Shown here: positions 1 through 9,693 of the stretch, piece after piece | How the letters are laid out: every line of letters begins with the position of its first letter | Numbering within the stretch: the stretch's first letter is position 1 | DNA from: Thermodesulfobacteriota bacterium | Lineage (GTDB): Bacteria > Desulfobacterota > Desulfobaccia > Desulfobaccales > 0-14-0-80-60-11 | Reading direction: 5' to 3' | DNA: 64,000 bases | Assembly: GCA_049322315.1 (NCBI GenBank) | Contig: JBMORF010000056.1 | Coordinates: 11,972 to 75,971, forward strand | The notes under the pieces: generated by a model | The model's input: the letters and a program-made list of their open reading frames with translations, nothing else | Told to the model about the DNA's origin: nothing | Database searches by the model: none | Position numbers and translations under genes: made by a program

Positions 1-3
1 GGC

Positions 4-1230
4 ATGACCGCGGCCCTGTCCCTGGCCGACCAGGGTTTCGAGGTCCACCTGGCAGAACGCAAAGACCGCCTGGGCGGCAACGCCCTAAAACTACACACCA
101 CCTGGAGAGGCGGCCTGGTGGGGCCCCGCCTGGAGGAGTTGATCGGCAAAGTCAAAAATCACTCTCAAATCACGGTGCATTATAAGTCCATCGTCATCGG
201 CGTCTCGGGGGTAGTGGGCAATTTTCGGACCACCTTATCCCGCCACCAGATAATCGATCATGGCATAGTGATTCTGGCCGTTGGCGCCGAACCTTACCGG
301 CCGTGGGGACAGTATCTTTATGGCCAGAATGCCAATGTTCTTTTGTCCCTGGACCTGGACCAGGAATTGGCCGAAGAAAGTGACCTGGTCAAGCAGGCCC
401 AGGCTGTGGCCTTCATCCAATGTGTCGGCTCCCGGACAGCCGAAAGGCCCTATTGCAGCAAAGTGTGCTGCAGCCACTCCGTGGAAAGCGCCCTAAAGCT
501 TAAAGAACTCAATCCGGACCAGGAGATTTATATCCTCTTTCGGGATATGCGCACTTACGGAGAACGGGAGATGTTCTATGAAGAAGCCCGGGACCAGGGG
601 GTAATTTTTATTCGCTACCACCAGTCAGACCCCCCCAAGGTGGAGCAGGGCGCCGATGGCTTGATCAGGATCACGCTTACGGATCATATCCTGGAGCGGC
701 CGGTGCAACTGCAGGTGAACCTTCTCATCCTGGCCACCGCCATTATCCCGCACCATAACGCTCCCCTGGCCGAACTCTATAAAATACCCCTCAATGCCGA
801 GGACTTTTTCACCGAGGCCCACGCCAAAATCAAACCGGTGGAAGCCACTACGGAGGGCATTTACCTGGCCGGCTTGTCCCACTACCCCAAACCCCTGCAG
901 GAGTCCGTGGCCGAAGCCCTGGCCGCCGCCTCCCGGGCCGCCACCGTCTTATCCAGGGAGGTGCTGGAACTGGAGTCCACTATTTCCCGGGTCGTTGATC
1001 AAAACTGCGACGGCTGCGCTTTCTGTGTGGATGGCTGTCCCTTTAAGGCCATAACCTTGATGGAATACATGTATGCGGGAAACCTGAAAAAAACCGTAGA
1101 CGTGAACGAAATCCTCTGCAAGGGGTGTGGCTCCTGCATGGCTACCTGTCCCAAGCAGGGCATTTATGTGGCAGGTTTCAGCCTGGAGCAGTTAGGAGCC
1201 CAGATCGATGCCGCGTTGGAGGTGGCTTAA
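4..1230 (+). CDS. HdrA-like FAD-dependent oxidoreductase (heterodisulfide reductase subunit A family), 5' end cut by window edge
   Basis: ORF open to window start; CVGSR..YCSKVCC motif typical of HdrA; two C-terminal ferredoxin motifs CDGCAFCVDGCP and CKGCGSCMATCP. Confidence 0.8.
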   Translation: MTAALSLADQGFEVHLAERKDRLGGNALKLHTTWRGGLVGPRLEELIGKVKNHSQITVHYKSIVIGVSGVVGNFRTTLSRHQIIDHGIVILAVGAEPYRPWGQYLYGQNANVLLSLDLDQELAEESDLVKQAQAVAFIQCVGSRTAERPYCSKVCCSHSVESALKLKELNPDQEIYILFRDMRTYGEREMFYEEARDQGVIFIRYHQSDPPKVEQGADGLIRITLTDHILERPVQLQVNLLILATAIIPHHNAPLAELYKIPLNAEDFFTEAHAKIKPVEATTEGIYLAGLSHYPKPLQESVAEALAAASRAATVLSREVLELESTISRVVDQNCDGCAFCVDGCPFKAITLMEYMYAGNLKKTVDVNEILCKGCGSCMATCPKQGIYVAGFSLEQLGAQIDAALEVA

Positions 1231-1578
1231 ATTATTTGCAAGTGCTTTTTTCAACTGGAGGTGGGCTCCTGACCCCGACCCCCAAAGTAGAGCCGCAGGT
1301 TAAGTTGGAATAGTGGATCCCAGGGAGATTGGAAGCTGAGCAGGGAGCGGTATGCTTCGGGAGTTGTGACCGGCTATCTTATTCTAATTTAAAGCCTCGT
1401 GGGAAGAATTGATATCAGGGAAGTGGGCGACAATCAAAGGGGGCCGTCCGTAAACTCGGAGTAAGTATCGTCGCCTTGTGGAAATGGGTGAAAAATTGTA
1501 AGATCGACTTAAGGACCTGAGATTATTTTAATAAGAAGGTGAAGCACCGACGCAAGCAGCAGTTTGGCGGAGGGGAAA

Positions 1579-2505
1579 ATGGGTGCGCAAATTGTGACTC
1601 TTCTGCTTTGCGCCTGCCTTCTCCTGGGTGGCTGTGGAGAAGGCGAGTCGGTTAAGCAAGTTGATTTGTCCCCCCGGGAGGAGGCCACGGTCTACCGGCC
1701 TGAGGACGCCATCACCTATGCTTATCTTCCTCAGTACGCGCATACGGTTTCCTATGAGCGGCATCATCTGGTGGTGGATTATTTGAGCCGTACCACTGGG
1801 GTGACCTTCCGCCAGGTGTTTCCAGACACGTTTGATGAGCATATGCACATGGTGGGGAGAGGCCTTATCGACATCACGTTCAGCAATCCATACATTTATG
1901 TGAAAATTGCCGACCACTATGAGGCCCGGGCCTTTGCCCGGATAGTTGAAGCCAAAGGCAAGGAGAACTTCCGCGGCCAGATTATTTGCCGGGCCGATAA
2001 TCCCCAGATAAAAACCCTGGCGGACATCAAAGGCAAGCGTCTGATTGCCGTCGATCCCACATCCGCCGGCGGTTTTCTGTATCCCTGGGGGCTGATTTTG
2101 GAGCACGGCATCCGCAAGAAGGATTTAGCGGAAATAGCTTTTGCTCCGGGGCCGGGGGGCAAGCAGGAAAAGGTGGTCATGGCGGTGTTGTCGGGGAAGT
2201 ATGACGTGGGCACCATCCGGGAGGGAACCCTGAATATCATGGCAGACAAGATTGATCTCCGACAGATTCGGGTACTGGCCTACTCCCGTTGGTATCCGGG
2301 CTGGGTATATGCGGCCCGGCGAGGGCTGGACCCGACCATCGTGGGCCAAATCAAAAAAGCCCTCATGGCCTTAAACATGGATAACCCTGAGCATGCCGCC
2401 ATCCTGAAAAAGGCCGGTTTCATCGGCGTTATCTCCGCCCAGGATGAGGACTTTAACCCGGTGCGGGTACTGGCGAGGCAAGTGGAAACCGGGGGTAAAC
2501 CCTGA
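1579..2505 (+). CDS. PhnD/phosphonate-type periplasmic substrate-binding lipoprotein, likely sensor partner of downstream kinase
   Basis: ATG at 1579 after GGAGGGGA; lipobox-like LLLGGCGEG; overall PhnD-like SBP pattern (YAYLPQY.., GxxD, YPGWVYA). Confidence 0.65.
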   Translation: MGAQIVTLLLCACLLLGGCGEGESVKQVDLSPREEATVYRPEDAITYAYLPQYAHTVSYERHHLVVDYLSRTTGVTFRQVFPDTFDEHMHMVGRGLIDITFSNPYIYVKIADHYEARAFARIVEAKGKENFRGQIICRADNPQIKTLADIKGKRLIAVDPTSAGGFLYPWGLILEHGIRKKDLAEIAFAPGPGGKQEKVVMAVLSGKYDVGTIREGTLNIMADKIDLRQIRVLAYSRWYPGWVYAARRGLDPTIVGQIKKALMALNMDNPEHAAILKKAGFIGVISAQDEDFNPVRVLARQVETGGKP

Positions 2506-2556
2506 AGCGATGGAAGAGAGGCGACAGTCAGATCCTGGACTAAGGAGCGTGGTCAG

Positions 2557-4659
2557 ATGAGAATCATACGGTTCTTAACCAGGTTATCGTTTCGCAGCAA
2601 AATAATTTTAGGCATCACCACGATAATGCTGATTTTCAGTGTGCTTTCGGCCCTGTTTGTCAGCCGTATTGCCAGCAATGCCCTGCTAAAAGAAATTAAA
2701 AATCGGGGCCTGAGTCTGGGTTTGAGTCTGGCGGCCCGAAGCGCAGATCCCTTATTAGCCGTGGATTTCCTCCGTCTGAAGAATATGGTGGACGAGGTTA
2801 AAGAGTCCAGCGATGATATCGCTTATGCCTTTGTGCAGGATAAAGCCGGCCGGATATTATCGCATACTTTTAAAAGCGGCTTTCCGGTCAACCTAAAAAC
2901 CGCCAATCAGGTGCCGCCAGGCGCGGCTAGGCAGATTCAATTGCTGGAAATAAATAAGGCGGAAAGGGTTTATGACTTCGCCTTACCCATAGTTATCAGT
3001 CACGAACGTTTAGGCGCAGTGCGGGTGGGACTCTCCCAGGTCAAAGCCAACGCTGCGGTGCGGCGTCTCCTGCTCATCATCTTCAGCGCCTCGGTGGGCG
3101 CGTGCCTGGTAGCCGCCATACTTGGCACCCTTTATGGCCGCACCATCAGCAGCCGCCTGGATATCTTAAGGACGTCCGCAGAAGAGATCGTCAAGGGTAA
3201 TCTGGACATCCAGACCGGCCCCCTGCTTAAAAGCAATTGTTGGGAGATTAAAGACTGCCAGAAGCCGGAATGTCCCGCCTATGGCGACACCCGCCGGCGC
3301 TGCTGGTATCTGGCCGGCACCCTCTGTCCTGAATGCGCTACCGGGGGTTTTGAAGAAAAAATAGAATCCTGCCGGAACTGCCGGATATTCCAGCAAAACA
3401 GCGGCGACGAAGTCCAGAGCCTGGCCGAGGCCTTCGACTTTATGGCCTTAAGTTTGAATACCTATATCAAAAATCTCCAAGAGGCGGAGAAAAACATCAC
3501 CAGGCAGCAGCAGCTTTTCAAGACCATCCTGGACGTCACCCCCGACCTGGTGAGTCTCCAGGATAATAAACTCGTTTATAAGGCCGTTAACCCGGCCTTC
3601 CGCCAATATTTCGCCTTGCAGGAAACGGACATCGTCGGCAAATCTGATGCCGATATCTTTCCCCCCAAGAAAGCCGACATTTTCATGACCGAAGACTTGG
3701 AAATTCTCAGGACCGGCATGCCTCTATCCAAGGAAGTCCTGATCAGCAAAGGGAACAGCAAGCATTGGTTTCACATGGTAAAAGTGCCGGTGTATGATGA
3801 GGAAAGGATCGCCGGACTGCTGCTTACGGCCCGGGATATCACCGAAATGAAAAAGTTCCAGGACAAGCTCATCCAAACCGTCAAGATGGACGAATTAGGC
3901 AAGTTGGCCGGAGGAGTGGCCCACGAAATCAACACGCCTTTGGGCATCATTTTGGGCTATGCCCAGATGCTCATGGAAGATCTGCCCCGGGATAGCGAAA
4001 GTCATGAGTTTCTAAGAATTATTGAAAAACAGACGCACATTTGCCGCCGCATCGTGGCCGACCTGTTGAATTTTTCCCGGGCCAGAGACAGCCGCATGGA
4101 AGAAATGGATCTCAACCAATCCCTTGACGAAGTGCTGCACCTGGTTAAACATATCTTCAAACAGGATTGGGTGGATATCGAAGTATCCCTTGATCCTCAA
4201 ATTCCCCCCATACGCGGGGACCCGGAAAAGCTCAAGCAGGTTTGGCTTAACCTGTTGAACAACGCCTTTGAATCCATTGGCCGGGAAGGCACTATTCGGG
4301 TAACCTCAAAGTTATGCCCGCAAAGGAATCATGTCCTGGTGACCGTGGCCGATAGTGGGGCGGGAATAAATGCCAAGGACATGGAGAATATTTTTGAACC
4401 TTTCTTCAGCACCAAAGGTATGGGAGTGGGCACTGGTTTAGGTTTGTCGGTATCTTTCGGCATCGTGCGGGAACATCAAGGAAGAATTTTTGCGGTGAGC
4501 CCGGTGCCGCCGGAATTTCTCGGGGAAATCGAAAAGAACCCAGGGTCCGGCGCCCTGTTCGTGGTGCTGCTGCCGGTGGATTGGGAGAAACCTGTGGTTG
4601 ATTCTTGCGAGGCGTTGGGGGCTCTCAATATTCATGATAAACACTGGGCCACCGCCTAG
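2557..4659 (+). CDS. sensor histidine kinase (TM - HAMP - Cys-rich insert - PAS - HisKA - HATPase)
   Basis: H-box [13 protein letters not shown] boxes ([22 protein letters not shown]), N-terminal TM, Cys-rich segment [28 protein letters not shown]. Confidence 0.9.
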   Translation: MRIIRFLTRLSFRSKIILGITTIMLIFSVLSALFVSRIASNALLKEIKNRGLSLGLSLAARSADPLLAVDFLRLKNMVDEVKESSDDIAYAFVQDKAGRILSHTFKSGFPVNLKTANQVPPGAARQIQLLEINKAERVYDFALPIVISHERLGAVRVGLSQVKANAAVRRLLLIIFSASVGACLVAAILGTLYGRTISSRLDILRTSAEEIVKGNLDIQTGPLLKSNCWEIKDCQKPECPAYGDTRRRCWYLAGTLCPECATGGFEEKIESCRNCRIFQQNSGDEVQSLAEAFDFMALSLNTYIKNLQEAEKNITRQQQLFKTILDVTPDLVSLQDNKLVYKAVNPAFRQYFALQETDIVGKSDADIFPPKKADIFMTEDLEILRTGMPLSKEVLISKGNSKHWFHMVKVPVYDEERIAGLLLTARDITEMKKFQDKLIQTVKMDELGKLAGGVAHEINTPLGIILGYAQMLMEDLPRDSESHEFLRIIEKQTHICRRIVADLLNFSRARDSRMEEMDLNQSLDEVLHLVKHIFKQDWVDIEVSLDPQIPPIRGDPEKLKQVWLNLLNNAFESIGREGTIRVTSKLCPQRNHVLVTVADSGAGINAKDMENIFEPFFSTKGMGVGTGLGLSVSFGIVREHQGRIFAVSPVPPEFLGEIEKNPGSGALFVVLLPVDWEKPVVDSCEALGALNIHDKHWATA

Positions 4660-4667
4660 AGGACCGT

Positions 4668-5042
4668 ATGGGACAAATACTGGTGTTGGATGATGTCATG
4701 GATGCGGGCACCCTGATTAAACGCATCCTGGAGCGTAAAGGTCATAAAGTGGCAGTATTCACCGAAGAAGAGGAAGCCCTGACTTATATGCGCTCCCATC
4801 CAGTGGATGTGGCTATTCTGGATATCCGGCTAAAGAAGATGAGCGGCATCGATGTTTTGGAAGAATTGAAAAAAATTTCGGCCCGGACTCAGGTGATCAT
4901 GCTGACGGGCTACCCCACTCTGGAGACGGCCCGCCAGGCCCAGGAATGGGGGGCGTTTGATTATTGTGTCAAACCCATCGACAAGGATGAACTGGAAGAA
5001 AAGGTGGCCAGCGCCTTGGCGGAGGCGCCCCCCCCTGGTTAG
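4668..5042 (+). CDS. stand-alone response regulator receiver domain
   Basis: LVLDD, ILDIRL (acceptor Asp), MLTG, CVKP receiver signature; 124 aa with no output domain. Confidence 0.9.
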   Translation: MGQILVLDDVMDAGTLIKRILERKGHKVAVFTEEEEALTYMRSHPVDVAILDIRLKKMSGIDVLEELKKISARTQVIMLTGYPTLETARQAQEWGAFDYCVKPIDKDELEEKVASALAEAPPPG

Positions 5043-5047
5043 GCTTC

Positions 5048-7576
5048 ATGAATCTCAGTGGGCTTTTAAAATACTGGGCCCTCCAGGTCTTCGCGCCAGA
5101 CAAACTGCTGCGTCATAAGTATGCCTCATTTAAGGAACTACTGGCCCACGATAAGAAAAGCCTGGAACTAATCACCGACCTGGAAGATATCCTGCATACG
5201 AGGACGCCGGTGGATTGGGCCCGGATAGTATCCCTGGTCCGCGGCCTCAACTGGTCGGTGGGCAGTTTGATCCGTTCTTTAGCATCCATGCGCCCCGGCG
5301 CCTATGGCGAATTGGAAAGGCGCGGCCTCAGCTTGGAATCATCCCTTAGGGAAGCGGTCTCGCTGCCGGAGGAAGACTGCTCCCCCCCCTTCACCCTGAC
5401 CCTGGAAGAGGCGGCCTGGTCCGACAGGCTGGCAGGAGGCAAAGCGGAGGCCTTAAGCCGGGCGCTCCGGGAAACCGGACTGCCGGGCCCCCAGGGGTTC
5501 GTGGTTACCACCAGGGCGTTCCAACTCTTTGTGGCCCATAATAACCTGAGGCACCGGCTTGACGAACTCCTGGCCGAGGTGTGCCTGGAAGATTGGGAAC
5601 GCCTGGAAGAATTGTCCCGGGAAATGACGGCCATGGTGAGGGATGGGGAAGTGCCCGGAGAAGTGCAGGAGGACATTTACCGCCGCTTGGCCGAGTTACA
5701 GCGGCAGACAGAAGCCGGTTCTTTCAGCCTGCGGAGCAGCGCGGTGGGTGAAGACGGGCCCCTTTCCGGCGCGGGCCAGTATGCCAGCATGTTAAAGGTG
5801 GCCCGGGCAGATTTGATGGCAGCCTTTAAGGAGGTCCTGGCCAGCAAGTATGCGCCCCGGGCCGTGGCTCACCGTGTCCGCAGCGGTTTGGCCGACCAGG
5901 AGACGCCGATGGCGGTCCTGGTCATGGAAATGATCGCGGCTCGGGTTAGCGGCGTAATTTATACCCGGGACCGGGAGGCAGGCGAGGAGCTCCATGAATT
6001 TCTGGCGGTGTATGCGGTCCCCGGCCTGGGGCTGCGGCTGGTGGACGGCAGCGCTGCCCCGGAAATCCACTATTTCACCCGGGAGCCGCATCCCCGCCCG
6101 GTAAAAAGCATATCCGGGAGCGCTTGTTCCGCGCAACTCCCGGGGAAAAATTGCCTTTCGCCGGAGATCGCGGCTCTGTTAGCCGGATGGGGGAGGCGCT
6201 TGGAAGAACTCAACCGCTGTCCTCAGGATATTGAATGGTGCCAGGATAATCGGGGAGCATGCTACCTTCTCCAGGCCCGTCCTCTGGTAAGCGATTTAAC
6301 TCCGCACCGGCCTAAAAAGAGAGAACTGCCCTCCGCAGAGCATTCCCTCCTGTTGGACGGAGGGGTATCGGCCAACGCCGGCGTGGCGACGGGCCCGGTC
6401 TACGTTCTCAGAAGCGAAGCGGAAATGGGGCAAGTGCCCCATGGTTCGGTGCTGGTATCCCACACCTTGTCGCCCTCATTGGCCGGGATAATCAGACGGC
6501 TGCGGGCGGTGGTGGCGGAAGGCGGCAGCCGGGCCTGCCACTTTGCTTCCGTTGCCCGGGAATTCGGGGTGCCCGTTCTGGCCGCGGCTCACGAAGCCAC
6601 CAAACGCTTACAGTCTGGCAGCATCGTTACCGTGGACGCGTGCCATGGCCGGGTTTACCGGGGCGAGTTCACTGGCTTTAAGGAAGAGGAGCCCCCGCTT
6701 CTCCCCACCCTCAAGTCGCCCTTTGCCGTGCGTTTGCAGAATATTATGGAACTGGTATCGCCTCTCCATCTCCTGGACCCTGCATCTCCGGATTTTTCTC
6801 CGGAAAAATGCGCCAGCATGCATGACTTGGTGCGGTTTGCCCATGAACAAGGCATGGCCGAGATGTTTTCTTTGGTGGGCCGGGGCGGCCGGGGCTTGGC
6901 CCGGGCCCGGGAATTAGCCACCGATCTGCCCCTGACTTTGTATATTCTGGACCTGGAGGGCGGCGTGGCCCCGGAGGCGGCCGAGCAGAAAACCATAGAA
7001 CCCCGGTTCATCGCCTCTCCCCTGATGCGGGCCTGCTGGGAAGGTCTAACTCATGCGGAAGTCAACTGGCACAAAGGTCTGGCCTATCTCGACTGGGAAA
7101 GGCTTGACCGCATCAGCGCCGGCATTATGAGCCTCAAATCGGTGGCCCTGGCCAGTTACGCGGTGATAGGGCAGGACTATCTCCACCTGGTCCTCCGGTT
7201 TGGCTACCATTTTGCCGTCCTGGACTCCTTGGCGGGGGAGAACCCCGAGGCCAATTACATCGCCTTTCGCTTTAAGGGGGGAGGCGGCAGCTATGAAAAT
7301 AGATTGCTGCGGGTGGAATTCATCAAAACCATTCTGGAGTGGGCCGGATTTATAGTGAAGACCAGAGGCGACCTCATTGACGCCCGCTGTGACCGGCGCC
7401 CCGCCACCCAGATCCTGGCCCGCCTGACCCTTCTGGGGATCCTTCATGGCAAGACCCAGCTTCTGGACATGGCCCTGGCTGATGAGGGGCAGGTGCAGGA
7501 ACTGGTTCAGACATTTAAGGTGAATTTTGGTCGATATCTTGATTTAGAGGCATTCAGGCAGACTCCTGAAAGGTGA
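5048..7576 (+). CDS. PEP synthase/PPDK-like protein (ATP-grasp + phosphohistidine swivel domain) with unassigned C-terminal domain, paralog A
   Basis: GGKAEALS.. nucleotide-binding region, swivel motif AEGGSRACHFASVAREFGVPVL; ~280 aa C-terminus shared only with 15106-17652. Confidence 0.75.
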   Translation: MNLSGLLKYWALQVFAPDKLLRHKYASFKELLAHDKKSLELITDLEDILHTRTPVDWARIVSLVRGLNWSVGSLIRSLASMRPGAYGELERRGLSLESSLREAVSLPEEDCSPPFTLTLEEAAWSDRLAGGKAEALSRALRETGLPGPQGFVVTTRAFQLFVAHNNLRHRLDELLAEVCLEDWERLEELSREMTAMVRDGEVPGEVQEDIYRRLAELQRQTEAGSFSLRSSAVGEDGPLSGAGQYASMLKVARADLMAAFKEVLASKYAPRAVAHRVRSGLADQETPMAVLVMEMIAARVSGVIYTRDREAGEELHEFLAVYAVPGLGLRLVDGSAAPEIHYFTREPHPRPVKSISGSACSAQLPGKNCLSPEIAALLAGWGRRLEELNRCPQDIEWCQDNRGACYLLQARPLVSDLTPHRPKKRELPSAEHSLLLDGGVSANAGVATGPVYVLRSEAEMGQVPHGSVLVSHTLSPSLAGIIRRLRAVVAEGGSRACHFASVAREFGVPVLAAAHEATKRLQSGSIVTVDACHGRVYRGEFTGFKEEEPPLLPTLKSPFAVRLQNIMELVSPLHLLDPASPDFSPEKCASMHDLVRFAHEQGMAEMFSLVGRGGRGLARARELATDLPLTLYILDLEGGVAPEAAEQKTIEPRFIASPLMRACWEGLTHAEVNWHKGLAYLDWERLDRISAGIMSLKSVALASYAVIGQDYLHLVLRFGYHFAVLDSLAGENPEANYIAFRFKGGGGSYENRLLRVEFIKTILEWAGFIVKTRGDLIDARCDRRPATQILARLTLLGILHGKTQLLDMALADEGQVQELVQTFKVNFGRYLDLEAFRQTPER

Positions 7577-7584
7577 AATTTTCT

Positions 7585-8652
7585 ATGGTAAAGAGCGCCT
7601 ATCAGGTGGATTGGGTGACGGACAGTCTAGCAGTGGGACAGGCACCCATGTCCTATGAAGCCCTGGAGCAATTGCGGCAACAAGGCATCGGCGCCATCAT
7701 GAACCTCTGCGCCGAATTTTGCGACCTGCACTGGATTGAGGCTGATGCCGGCTTTGAAGTGTACTACTTTCCCATTCCTGATGAAGAGGCCCCTGATTTG
7801 GCGGAGTTGGAAAAGGCCCTGGATTGGCTCGATGAATGCCTCTTTCTGGGGAAAAAGGTCCTGGTTCATTGCCGTTTCGGCGTGGGCAGAACCGGCACCG
7901 TGATTAATGCTTACCTGCTGCGGAAGGGGCTGGGCCATAAACTGGCCGGCAAGAAGCTCAAGGGGTTCAAATCCAAACCCGCCAACTTCGATCAATGGTG
8001 GTTCATCCGGAAATACGGCAAACAAGAAAAGCCTCTGACCATCCGGGAGCCTACTCTAGAAACCAAACATCTCGTGGATTTATTTCCCTTTTTCAAAGAC
8101 TACGTCAGGCTGCTGCAAGAAGTGGACGGCTGCCTGGCCGGGGCCGGGAAAGAGGTCCTGTGCGGCCAGGGACACGTTGATTGCTGCCGGGACCTGGTGG
8201 TAATGTCCTTCATCGAGGCGGTGTATGTCAACCACGTCATCAACACCACCGTGGGGCGCATGACGCGCCAGCAGGTCATTCAGCGAGCCCTGGAGGTGAA
8301 TCGCGCCTTGCGGGAATTGGCCCGGCGGGAGGGAAATTATGCTCGGACTCCTGGCTTTGCCGAGTCTTATAAACAGGCCCAAATCCTATGCCCCCTGAAT
8401 GAATTGGGGGAGTGTCTAGTTTTTCCAAACCGGCCGCTGGCTTGCCGCCTTTTCGATCTTCCCGCCCAGGACCGCCAGCGGCTGTTAGCAGAATTGCCTC
8501 ACCAAGTAAAGAATATCTCGGACAATTTATTTTTTGCCTTCACTTCCCGATTTCCGGGGGAGTTCACTTTGGATTTTCCTTTAAGTGAGGTGGCTTCCGG
8601 CAAATTTGTGCAGGCCTTCTTCCATAATCTACTCAAAAATAATGCGCCGTAA
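7585..8652 (+). CDS. dual-specificity protein phosphatase fused to YkgJ/UPF0153-like cysteine-cluster domain
   Basis: CX5R P-loop VHCRFGVGRTG; C-terminal CGQGHVDCC and CPLNELGECLVFPNRPLACRLF pattern; start chosen at ATG 7585 (GTG 7573 also possible). Confidence 0.7.
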   Translation: MVKSAYQVDWVTDSLAVGQAPMSYEALEQLRQQGIGAIMNLCAEFCDLHWIEADAGFEVYYFPIPDEEAPDLAELEKALDWLDECLFLGKKVLVHCRFGVGRTGTVINAYLLRKGLGHKLAGKKLKGFKSKPANFDQWWFIRKYGKQEKPLTIREPTLETKHLVDLFPFFKDYVRLLQEVDGCLAGAGKEVLCGQGHVDCCRDLVVMSFIEAVYVNHVINTTVGRMTRQQVIQRALEVNRALRELARREGNYARTPGFAESYKQAQILCPLNELGECLVFPNRPLACRLFDLPAQDRQRLLAELPHQVKNISDNLFFAFTSRFPGEFTLDFPLSEVASGKFVQAFFHNLLKNNAP

Positions 8653-8727
8653 GCCAGGAAAGGCCTAGTTCCGGAAAATCCGCATGTTCGTCTCTATCAT
8701 CCTTTTATTTTAGCAACGGAGCTGTTT

Positions 8728-8799
8728 GTGTCACGGCGGCCCCCAGACTATATCCGGTCGGACAACGGGCCGGAATTTACCGCCTCATACCAGGCTGCG
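8728..8799 (+). pseudogene. remnant of a DDE (rve-type) transposase/integrase core
   Basis: Only about 20 codons, RPPDYIRSDNGPEFTA, resembling the (S/T)DNG.EF motif of IS3/IS481-type transposases; no remaining transposase ORF. Confidence 0.4.
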
Positions 8800-8820
8800 G
8801 TCAAAGAAGTAATATTTTTC

Positions 8821-8949
8821 TGTCATTCTGAACGGAGCGCAGCGGAGGGAAGAATCTCGTTTTTGCAGCCCGGCTGTGTCCATGAATGCACTCGGCTTGG
8901 GAATTCAGGGCGCTAAACTACGAGATCCTTCCCTACGCTCAGGATGACA
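8821..8949. repeat. inverted pair of a short interspersed element (tgtcatYctga(a/g)cg..aatctcg family)
   Basis: 8821-8859 tgtcattctgaacggagcgcagcggagggaagaatctcg; 8921-8949 is the reverse complement of tgtcatcctgagcgtagggaaggatctcg; third copy at 35434-35469. Confidence 0.6.
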
Positions 8950-8993
8950 ATATTACTCATTTGACAGCATCTTGGTATAAGGCTTGATACCAA

Positions 8994-9341
8994 TTAGCAG
9001 TCAATGGACGTTTTTCTGTAGGGGCGAACCTTGTGTTCGCCCTGAAAGTTACAGGGCGAACACAAGGTTCGCCCCATTAAATTCCTGTTCGAATGCAACT
9101 TGGTATGAAACCACAAAAAATAGAGGAAGCCATAAGCCACAGCATGGCCGGTTTTGCGGAGATAGAATCGGAGAAGGTCCACCTGGGTCAGGCTTAGGGA
9201 TGGAAACCAGGACAGCAGCCAATTCAAGATGATCCGGGTATTGTTTGCGGACCCCGGGTCACCAGATAGGGAGAGAATGGCCCCCAACCAGAGAAGTGGT
9301 GGCAGCCAATAATAAAGGAAATCCCAGACCCTAAGGAACAA
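8994..9341 (-). CDS. VanZ-like membrane protein, C-terminus apparently replaced by a palindromic repeat insertion
   Basis: N-terminal 80 aa VanZ-like (LRKTGHAVAYGFLYFLW); the last ~35 codons are encoded by the 9021-9075 palindrome. Confidence 0.45.
   Translation of the reverse strand: MFLRVWDFLYYWLPPLLWLGAILSLSGDPGSANNTRIILNWLLSWFPSLSLTQVDLLRFYLRKTGHAVAYGFLYFLWFHTKLHSNRNLMGRTLCSPCNFQGEHKVRPYRKTSIDC
9021..9075. repeat. 23-bp perfect inverted repeat made of two self-complementary GGGCGAAC..GTTCGCCC hairpin units
   Basis: ggggcgaaccttgtgttcgccct (9021-9043) / 9-nt spacer / agggcgaacacaaggttcgcccc (9053-9075). Confidence 0.85.
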
Positions 9342-9693
9342 TAAATTTATGAGAGACGCATTCCTTTTTGCTCCATTTCTGTCCGGTTAAGCGATATTGA
9401 AGGACTGTTGGTTAAAATTATTTGAGGTTGTCAGAATAGCAAAAATCTCCCTCAAAATGTAATCTTTTTTACAAGGTTATTGACATACCACCCCTTAGAG
9501 CTGAATTTTTTTTCAGGGAGGGGTCCTGCAGGGAGATATACTTAGCGATTGAGCCAACATTCCAGAACTTAATGCCGGCGCCAAAGTCCCGCGTTGCATA
9601 ATGTTACGATTCGGCTTATAATTTTGACATGTTCGTCTATTTGGCTGATTCTCAAGGACTTTTTTTCATCCCCTCCGGAGGCGGCGCCGCCTT

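Noticed and set aside
1485-1500. TGGGTG-N5-TTGTA sigma-54-like sequence upstream of the SBP/HK operon
   Set aside because: The conserved -12 GC is TT-G-T here, and no sigma-54 activator is encoded in that operon.
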